NCBI GenBank assembly: GCA_028864975.1
Contig: JAGWLG010000023.1
Location: 1 to 53,519, forward strand
Length of the DNA: 53,519 bases
Reading direction: 5' to 3'
Source: Thermoplasmata archaeon
GTDB taxonomy: Archaea; Thermoplasmatota; Thermoplasmata; Lutacidiplasmatales; UBA184
In this document: positions 47,217 through 53,519 of the stretch, piece after piece
How the letters are laid out: the number at the start of each line of letters is the position of its first letter
How positions within the stretch are numbered: the stretch's first letter is position 1
The notes under the pieces: model-generated
Told to the model about the DNA's origin: nothing
The model's database searches: none
What the model saw: the letters and a program-made list of their open reading frames with translations, nothing else
Translations under genes and position numbers: made by a program

Positions 47217-48161
47217 ATGCCTGCCAGCCGCTACGTGACCTGTCTCTCAGCCGCGCTCTGGTACGTCTCCCAAGGCGTCGGCGTGGTCCCGATGCGCCCC
47301 GCCCTCTCTAAGGGTGGGAGCGGCAAGCCCGCGCCCATCCCCTGGATCAAGTGGAAGGAGGACGGGCCTCTCCGCCGCGCGGACCAGGTCCACGAGATTT
47401 GGCGGGAGCACCCCGCCGCCCAACTCGCGATTCTCCTGGAGAAGGGCCTGGCGGCCATCGACATCGACCTGAAGCACCTCCCCGGGGGCCGGGCCCCCGC
47501 TGAGTTCCCTCTCCCCGGGGCCATCCCGGGCGCCTACGTCGAAACCACGAAGTCCGGCGGCCTCCACTATCTCTTCCGCTACCGCACGCCCCTCGACCCT
47601 GGAAAGGCGGAACGTGTCACGGGCCTGGGCAGCTATGTTGATGTCTTCCACGGCGGCCTCCTCATCGTCGTCCCCTCGAAGTTCGAGGGAGCGCCCCAGG
47701 GCTACGCGGTCGTTCGCGACGGCGGGATCCCCGTCTTCCGCACGCTCCACGAGGGCCTCGCGGCTTCATCGCCGTGGCTCGCCGTGGCGTGGGAGGAGAG
47801 GTGGGAGCGTTCCCAGTCCTCCTCCGTTCCCGCGACCGCCCGCCCTGAGCGGGCTGGGACCACGGTCGCACGGCCCGAGGGGCCCGCGGCCAATCCCCGC
47901 GAGGTCGCGCGTGCCCTTGCGGCCGTCCGCGAGGACGCGGAGGCCGCGAGTGTCTTCAAAGACGGGAAGCGGCACCCCGATGGAGCGGTCGACCGCTCCC
48001 TCACGGAGTTCTGGCTCGCGGGGTTCCTCAACCGCAAGGGGTTCTCCCGTGAGGTGACTTGGGAGGTTGTGGAGGCCTGCCCTCACACGAAGTCCCCCCA
48101 CGACCCGAGGGGGTTCGCGCGGTTTCAGAGGCAGGTGTGGGCACGGCTGATCCCAGGGTAG
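47217..48161 (+). CDS. Bifunctional primase-polymerase (AEP) with PriCT-like C-terminus
   Basis: GVVPM..GKPAP..W; LAAIDIDLK; VETTKSGGLHYLFR; DVFHGGLLIVVPS; DRSLTEFWLAGFL. Confidence 0.85.
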   Translation: MPASRYVTCLSAALWYVSQGVGVVPMRPALSKGGSGKPAPIPWIKWKEDGPLRRADQVHEIWREHPAAQLAILLEKGLAAIDIDLKHLPGGRAPAEFPLPGAIPGAYVETTKSGGLHYLFRYRTPLDPGKAERVTGLGSYVDVFHGGLLIVVPSKFEGAPQGYAVVRDGGIPVFRTLHEGLAASSPWLAVAWEERWERSQSSSVPATARPERAGTTVARPEGPAANPREVARALAAVREDAEAASVFKDGKRHPDGAVDRSLTEFWLAGFLNRKGFSREVTWEVVEACPHTKSPHDPRGFARFQRQVWARLIPG

Positions 48162-48202
48162 CCCTGGTGCCCTCGTTCCTTCCTCCGTGAGGAACTCGGT
48201 CC

Positions 48203-48415
48203 ATGACCCGCCGATTCTACGTCCACGCCACTGCCGACGGTCGCCGAACGTGCCGCATCTGCGGCGAGAGGATACCAAGGGGGACCAGGTTCGTGGGGGT
48301 CTACGCCGGGCCGCCTTCCCCCCCGAAGCGCCTCGCGCGGGTCTGCGAGCTCTGTGTCCGAACGCTTCATGCCATCGTGACGTGCGAGCACCCGGTCATG
48401 GAGCCGCCTCAATGA
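48203..48415 (+). CDS. Small C4 zinc-finger protein
   Basis: RTCRICGERIPRG...VCELC. ATGA coupled to the next gene. Confidence 0.65.
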   Translation: MTRRFYVHATADGRRTCRICGERIPRGTRFVGVYAGPPSPPKRLARVCELCVRTLHAIVTCEHPVMEPPQ

Positions 48416-50764
48416 CCGCGGGCGACCCCAAGTTCGTGACCCGCGAGCTCCGCGCGACCCCTGGGATTAGGGCGCTCCCCTCGGAGGATCGCACCGCGAA
48501 CCGCATGAAGACCTTGCGGGCCGCGCCTCCAGGCGGCTACGCCTGGAAGGGTGCGCCACGAGCGCAAGGAGGTGTCAGGTAAGACTGAGACCGACGGCGC
48601 GCAACTGCGCCTGAGATGAGGGTAGACCCCTCGGAGCCACTCTGCCGGGAGAGGTTCCAAACCGCCCCAAGCTGCGTCGGCCAAAAGCCGAGGTGGTGAG
48701 CGTTGCGGGAAAAGGCCGGCTATCAGCCGGTCAGGTGAGAGCCAGGGAGACGAACGAAAGTGAACCAACCGAAGACGCGTCGAAAGCGTACAGACGACAT
48801 CGAAACCGGGGGATCTTTCCAACCCCGCGAAGAAGTCGGGAGGGAGCCGGCTGACTGTCCCGATGGTGTCCGGCGTATAGGTGGCGTGAACCTGGCTTGG
48901 GCTCAGGCGTGGAACGTGGGAACCAGACCTCCGATATCGACCGACCTGTTGATCGGCGAAAGCGAGAACCCTGAACGGCAGAAACCGCGAGGGGGAGAGT
49001 AGTGATGCGGAGGCCTGGGGCGGATCGCCCCGTAGTAGTGTCGAAGGCCGGTAACCCGGCTGGAGCGAAGGGGGCGAGCTGTCCGGGTTCGCCAGGCGGT
49101 CAACCGTCCTTTGGGCGGGAAGAGCTGAAGGGCGAACCAAGGCCCAAGGGGAAGCCGTTTGACATCTCACAGAAGGTCGTCAGAGAAGCCTACGAGAAGG
49201 TCAAGGCCAATCGGGGAGCGGCAGGAGTGGACGAGGAGTCGATCGAACAGTTCGAGAGGGACCTTGACGGGAACCTCTACAAGCTGTGGAACCGAATGTC
49301 CTCGGGGACCTACTTCCCGCCGCCGGTCCGTGCGGTAGAGATACCCAAGAAGTCGGGTGGGGTGCGCGTGCTGGGCGTGCCTACCGTCGCCGACAGGATT
49401 GCGCAGACCGTGGCGCGCATGTACCTGGAGCCCCGGGTGGAACCCCTGTTCCACGCGGACTCGTACGGGTACCGGCCGGGGCGGTCCGCGCTGGATGCGG
49501 TGGCGACATGCCGTCAGCGCTGTTGGAGGTATGACTGGGTAATCGATCTCGACATCCGGTCTTTCTTCGACAGCGTGCGGCACGACCTCCTCCTGGAGTG
49601 GGTGTCAAAGCACACGGACCTGCGGTGGGTCCTCCTCTACGTGGAGCGGTGGCTCAAGGCCCCACTCCAACAGGAGGATGGGACGTTGGTGCCCAGGGAC
49701 CGAGGGACTCCACAGGGCTCGGCGATTTCGCCGCTCCTGGCGAACCTGTACCTCCACTACGCGCTCGACCAGTGGATGGCGCAGGAATACCCCCACATCC
49801 CGTTCGAGCGATATGCGGACGATTGTGTGGCCCACTGCAAGAGCGAGAAGCAAGCCTGGTACGTCCTCGAGGCAGTCTCCCGTCGAATGGCGAGGACTGG
49901 CCTGGAACTGAACCGGGAAAAGACCCGTATCGTGTACTGTAAGGACGTGGACCGCGGGGGCTCCTACGAGAACCAGCAGTTCGACTTCCTAGGGTACACG
50001 TACCGCCCTCGACTCGCGAAAGACCGACAAGGGAGGTACTTTGTGAGCTTCCTGCCGGCAGTCTCGAACGCGGCACGGCAGGCCATCGGGTCGGAAATCC
50101 GGTCATGGCATCTCGTTCGTCGGAGTGACAAGGACCTCTCGGGCCTTGCGCGGCTGGTCAATCCCGTCGTGCAGGGGTGGGTGAACTACTACGGGCGGTT
50201 CTACCCCTCGTGGTTGGTGTTGATCCTGAGGCAACTGAATGACACGCTGGTGAGATGGGCGACACGGAAGTACAAACGGCTGCGCCGGCACTATCGGCGG
50301 GCTGCAAGGTGGCTGGTGGGCGTGTACCGCCGTCAACCAGACCTCTTCGCCCACTGGAAGGCTGGCGCTCGACCCGATGGTCGGACGGTGGGAGCCGGAT
50401 GAACGGAGACGTTCACGTCCGGTTCTGAGAGAGCCGAGGGGTGAGATTCCCCTCGGCCACTCGCCAGGCTGGCGATCACTTCCGCGACTTGGCCCGTGGT
50501 GACCCCGACCACCTCGGGCGGCGTCTCTACACAGACGCAGGCAAGTCGAACGCGAAGTACGTCGCCCGTGTCGCGTGGAGAGCCTACCACGCGAAGGAGG
50601 TCCCCGGGACGGCCCGCCAGTGGGGCCTGCTGGAGGCCTCGATCAGACGCACCTTCGAGGAGCTCGAGGACTGGGGCTTGACGGCGACGCGGGTCGCGCG
50701 ACCACCTTCCGTCTCTCGACCCTCGATCAGCGGGCAGAGAGCCAATCCAACTTCTTCACCCTGA
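48412..50764 (+). CDS. Intron-interrupted hypothetical gene: join(48412..48550,50466..50764), 145 aa
   Basis: The exons total 438 nt and stay in frame: ...GGYAWK-E-AGDHFRDLARG... Confidence 0.7.
49002..50402 (+). CDS. ltrA: Group II intron reverse transcriptase/maturase
   Basis: KVKANRGAAGVD, LWNRMSSGTYFPPPV, LGVPTVADRIAQ, GTPQGSAISPLLAN, RYADD, FDFLGY, and X domain GWVNYY. The true start is uncertain (CTG 49125 follows an RBS-like GGGAAGAG). Confidence 0.95.
   Translation: MMRRPGADRPVVVSKAGNPAGAKGASCPGSPGGQPSFGREELKGEPRPKGKPFDISQKVVREAYEKVKANRGAAGVDEESIEQFERDLDGNLYKLWNRMSSGTYFPPPVRAVEIPKKSGGVRVLGVPTVADRIAQTVARMYLEPRVEPLFHADSYGYRPGRSALDAVATCRQRCWRYDWVIDLDIRSFFDSVRHDLLLEWVSKHTDLRWVLLYVERWLKAPLQQEDGTLVPRDRGTPQGSAISPLLANLYLHYALDQWMAQEYPHIPFERYADDCVAHCKSEKQAWYVLEAVSRRMARTGLELNREKTRIVYCKDVDRGGSYENQQFDFLGYTYRPRLAKDRQGRYFVSFLPAVSNAARQAIGSEIRSWHLVRRSDKDLSGLARLVNPVVQGWVNYYGRFYPSWLVLILRQLNDTLVRWATRKYKRLRRHYRRAARWLVGVYRRQPDLFAHWKAGARPDGRTVGAG
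50392..50425 (+). ncRNA. Group II intron catalytic domain V
   Basis: GAGCCGGATGAACGGAGACGTTCACGTCCGGTTC, 34 nt with the AGC triad. Confidence 0.93.
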
Positions 50765-50969
50765 GTCCCCAGCTGTCTGTCCACTCCGCCTTGTGTCGAT
50801 TGCAGAGGTGCGCCATCACGGTCCCCTGAAGTCGCCGCTCTCGCTGGAACGGTAGTTCCGTCTCCCCCTCGGCGAGGGGCCATTGACCCCCCACGACCGC
50901 CCAGACCGCAAGGCTACGTCTCCCCTCCTTCGCGCACAGGGAGCAAGATGGCTCGTTCGGGTACCGCAT
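50727..50969 (-). CDS. Possible small Zn-binding protein (80 aa)
   Basis: MRYPNEPSCSLC...AHLCNRH. It opposes the local gene direction, so it may be a shadow ORF. Confidence 0.4.
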   Translation of the reverse strand: MRYPNEPSCSLCAKEGRRSLAVWAVVGGQWPLAEGETELPFQRERRLQGTVMAHLCNRHKAEWTDSWGLRVKKLDWLSAR

Positions 50970-51019
50970 CGACCTCAAGACGGGCCCGGAGAGGTTCGTC
51001 TCGCAGGGGAGGTCCTGAA

Positions 51020-51416
51020 ATGGGCCCTCATCCTCCCTCCCGCCGTGGCCAGGCGACCAAGACGACCCTGCGGGGTTCAGGGCGCAACGTACGAGCTGCA
51101 CCTTACGCCCGCGACGGCGGCCTTGTTCCAGCGGATCTACGAGCGCTGGGCCTCGCACCAAGGCAAGCCAGAGCGGGGTCCGGGCACGTTCCAGGACGAG
51201 TTCTGGCGGTTCATGCTCAAGGAGTGGCCCCAATCTCAAGCGAAGGCCTTCGCGGATGGGTGGACGAGCGAGGAGCTCCGGGCCACGGAGGAGAGGATCC
51301 GCGCCTCACACCAGGGATGCCCACACAGGGACCGGGACATCAACGAAGAGGTCCTCATGGTCCGCATGATGCTCACCTGGGAACGGGCGGACGCGGCGGG
51401 GAAGACCGCCTCGTGA
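51020..51416 (+). CDS. Hypothetical protein, possibly frameshifted near 51072-51075
   Basis: GGAGGT RBS precedes ATG 51020, but the protein-like frame (VQGATYELHL...FQDEFWRFMLKEW) is a different one. The alternative is a TTG start at 50883. Confidence 0.45.
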
Positions 51417-51438
51417 GCTTGCGTGTCCGAGGCTCACG

Positions 51439-51819
51439 ATGCGGCTCTTGGTCTGCGGCTCCCGAGACTGGGCCGACGGCGAGATAATCCTCACCGAGCT
51501 CGCAGCGCTTCAGGGCGTGGACGTGGTCATCGAGGGCGAGGCCCCCGGGGCAGACACGTTTGCGCGGAAGGCCGCCGAGCAGATGGGAATCCCCGTCCTC
51601 CCTTTCCCCGCCGACTGGGGGAGCCACGGTCGCGCGGCGGGACCCATCCGCAACCAGCAGATGCTCGACGAGGGGAAGCCGGACCTGGTCCTCGCCTTCA
51701 CAGACGGTCTGAACACCTCACGCGGGACCGCCGACATGGTCGCGAGGGCCCGGAAGGCGGGAATCGAGACGATTCTGGTCAGTCACGACGGGAGGAGGGA
51801 AATCCAGTCCGGGCGTTGA
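51439..51819 (+). CDS. SLOG-family protein (DUF2493/YspA-like)
   Basis: MRLLVCGSRDW, GEAPGAD, GRAAGPIRNQQML, SRGTADMV. Confidence 0.88.
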   Translation: MRLLVCGSRDWADGEIILTELAALQGVDVVIEGEAPGADTFARKAAEQMGIPVLPFPADWGSHGRAAGPIRNQQMLDEGKPDLVLAFTDGLNTSRGTADMVARARKAGIETILVSHDGRREIQSGR

Positions 51820-52155
51820 ACCCCATGGCCTGTCGCCGAGCAGATCGCAGGCCCTATGCGGCCTGTTCCCTGTGCAGCCGCTCTCTGTCCTTCAAGTGGT
51901 TGCGCAACCGCTCCTTGACCGTAGACCAAGTCGTCGCTCGGTCCACAGCGTTCTGGAGGGTGGGCCTGGGTACCGGCCCCGTCTCAGGGGCTGCCCTCCG
52001 GACCTGTGCGATGACCACCACAAGGAAGTGATGCGCATTCGTGCATATAATCGGTGCGGGCCCTCCCCGAGCGCGCTCCCTCGGACCTCCGGAGTCGCGC
52101 CCGGCAGGAGCGGCGCCCGGCCCCGCCAAGCTCGAAGCGAGCGGGGTCGGCCCGC

Positions 52156-52464
52156 CTACCGCGAGCCGTTCGGGAGGTGGTAGTAGAGCTTGTTCTCGGC
52201 GTTCCGCGTCCGGATCACAAGCCCAGAGCGGTTCAGCTCCTCGAGAGAGGTGGCCAGGTTGAAGGTGCGATAGCCCACTAGCAGCGGGTTCCAAGGCAGG
52301 ATGGCCTGCGTGCCGCGGACCGTGACAAGCTCGTCCGCGATCTCGTTGAAGGTGTAGGCCTTCCCCGGCGCGTCGCGCAGGAGGTTCAGGATCTCGCGCT
52401 GTGCGTTGGGGAGCTCGGTCGTCGCAGGCGCGTGCTCGCGGAGGGCCTTCACGTCGATGGGCAT
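52156..52464 (-). CDS. Winged-helix DNA-binding protein
   Basis: QREILNLLRDAPGKAYTFNEIADEL...LEELNRSGLVIR...YY. Confidence 0.75.
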   Translation of the reverse strand: MPIDVKALREHAPATTELPNAQREILNLLRDAPGKAYTFNEIADELVTVRGTQAILPWNPLLVGYRTFNLATSLEELNRSGLVIRTRNAENKLYYHLPNGSR

Positions 52465-52547
52465 AGCTCACTTCACGGCCTTCTGGCCGTGCTGGCCAGA
52501 TGCCTGGCCGTCGTAGAAATAGGCTCCGGCGCGAGAGAAGAGGGCAG

Positions 52548-52596
52548 CTCCGGCCACGTCGCGACGTGAGCCGGAGTACGCGTGTGGATGCACGCG
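52548..52596. other. Two adjacent intergenic hairpins
   Basis: CTCCGGC-CACGTCGCGACGTG-A-GCCGGAG (52548-52576) and CGCGTG-N6-CACGCG (52579-52596). Confidence 0.55.
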
Positions 52597-52767
52597 ATTG
52601 CGGCCCCCCATTACCGGTTCGGCATCGTGCCACCTTGCGGCTGCCAGGCCGGCGAGTCCTCGCGCGAGTCAGGTTCGTAAGGGTCGCGGGCGCTCTCGGA
52701 GGATCTACGATCTTCCCCTGTGAGATACGGGGGATCGAGGGTGGCTCCGATGGCGGGATCAAGCATT

Positions 52768-53295
52768 TCAATACGGCTGGGGCGGGGTTCCTGGGATGTC
52801 CATGACCCTCCCGACTCCAGGGACGTCGTACCCCTGGCGACCACATCGCTTGCACTGATGGTCGGCTATCGTCCCCTTGACCCGTCCACCAGCGAGGTCC
52901 CCGCGACCGTAGACCCAGGTCGTCGCGCCAGTCCAGTCGTGGTCGTCCCAGTCTGCTCCGCAGTCTGGGGCCCTCACCCTTCCCTTCGGGGGCATCTTCG
53001 ACTTAGTGGAAAGCACGAGCCACGCCTGATAAACTTCCTCCCGGCTCCTCCCCGCCTCCAGCATCTCCCACATCTTCAGTTGGGGCAGAGCGGGCTTCCT
53101 TTCGAGCCACGCCCTTACAATGTCGAGCCTCTCCTGGCGGAGATGGGGGGGCGTTCTTCCCATCAGGGCACGAAGTCGGTTCCGAAACTCATCCGGATCG
53201 GGTCGCTCTCGCCGAATCTGCTCAAGGATCTTCTTCGCGTCTGGGTGACCGGCAGGCTGGCTCGGCGACTGCGTAGTCTGGGTTTGGTCTGGCAT
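52768..53295 (-). CDS. Hypothetical protein with C-terminal Zn ribbon
   Basis: Helical N-terminus; DC...HDW...HQCKRCG. Confidence 0.6.
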   Translation of the reverse strand: MPDQTQTTQSPSQPAGHPDAKKILEQIRRERPDPDEFRNRLRALMGRTPPHLRQERLDIVRAWLERKPALPQLKMWEMLEAGRSREEVYQAWLVLSTKSKMPPKGRVRAPDCGADWDDHDWTGATTWVYGRGDLAGGRVKGTIADHQCKRCGRQGYDVPGVGRVMDIPGTPPQPY

Positions 53296-53519
53296 GCACA
53301 GTCGGCTCCCCTCTTCCGCGGAGAGTGAAGGCGGAGCCGAGACATGTGCTCTTCGCTATCCCGTGTGCACTTGGTTTGTGTAACCCGTCAAGGGCGAGTT
53401 CGGTGCCCGCCTCCGCGCTCGGTCAAGAATGTCCGCGCAGAGCCGACCGGGCATGAGGACGACCCGTTCCTGCTCCCCTAACAATCCCCTCCCACTCACC
53501 TCCCGGGGGGGGGGCCCAC

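Larger units (their letters stand above)
48551..50465 (+). mobile_element. Group II intron, RmInt1/class-D-like, without endonuclease domain
   Basis: 5' GTGCG; EBS1 loop CTTTCCA (48815-48821) pairs with exon end TGGAAGG; domain V at 50392-50425; domain VI hairpin with bulged A50459 at -7; 3' end CACTCGCC. Confidence 0.9.
1..53519. mobile_element. Segment of an archaeal (probably Thermoplasmata) conjugative plasmid or ICE
   Basis: Pilin-like and VirB6-like genes, primase-polymerase, RHH, DUF932, Cdc6-like gene, defence island and many small Zn-finger/wHTH ORFs are present, and housekeeping genes are absent. No integrase or att site is visible in the window. Confidence 0.65.

Noticed and set aside
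49002-50402. RT as a DGR, retron or defence RT
   Set aside because: It is flanked by group II intron ends with domains V and VI and has maturase motifs. No TR/VR pair or msr-msd was seen.
51826-52183. Cys-containing ORFs after the SLOG gene (CSLC in one frame, LCDDH in another)
   Set aside because: No single frame is convincing, and a frameshifted Zn finger cannot be supported without homologues.
52611-52766. 51-aa ORF following 52768-53295
   Set aside because: It has plausible spacing but low-complexity sequence and no motif.
1-53519. CRISPR array or cas operon
   Set aside because: No regularly spaced repeat-spacer series was seen. The only Cas-like gene is a solo Cas4-like nuclease.
53495-53519. 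C-rich/G-run sequence at the window end as a terminal repeat or terminator
   Set aside because: It is cut by the window edge and has no partner copy in the window.

Overview
This GC-rich window looks like part of an archaeal mobile element, either a conjugative plasmid or an integrated conjugative element. A Thermoplasmata-type host is inferred from TATA-like boxes 24-30 nt upstream of leaderless starts, a Cdc6/Orc1-like gene and sequon-rich PKD/Kelch/YVTN surface proteins. From left to right it holds: the start of a conjugation-like operon (VirB2-like pilin, Zn-ribbon membrane protein, VirB6-like gene running off the edge); a divergent MraZ/AbrB-like gene; a ~1970-aa Kelch-PKD surface protein with a cytoplasmic tandem winged-helix tail; a ~10-kb defence island (vsr, C5 methyltransferase, DUF262, Z1, DUF4420, GIY-YIG, DUF3883, AspBHI/MspJI-like nuclease); a split membrane-anchored Cas4-like pair; an RmuC-like nuclease; a motif-dead Cdc6/Orc1 coupled to a second MraZ/AbrB-like paralogue; an uncharacterised two-gene module; a phage/plasmid-like early-gene cluster with a recombination relic; a 2411-aa surface protein coupled to a small membrane protein; two more adhesin-like genes; DUF932, RHH and primase-polymerase genes; and an apparently complete group II intron (48551-50465) whose removal restores a 145-aa ORF. 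All family calls come from motif recognition by eye; no database searches were run.
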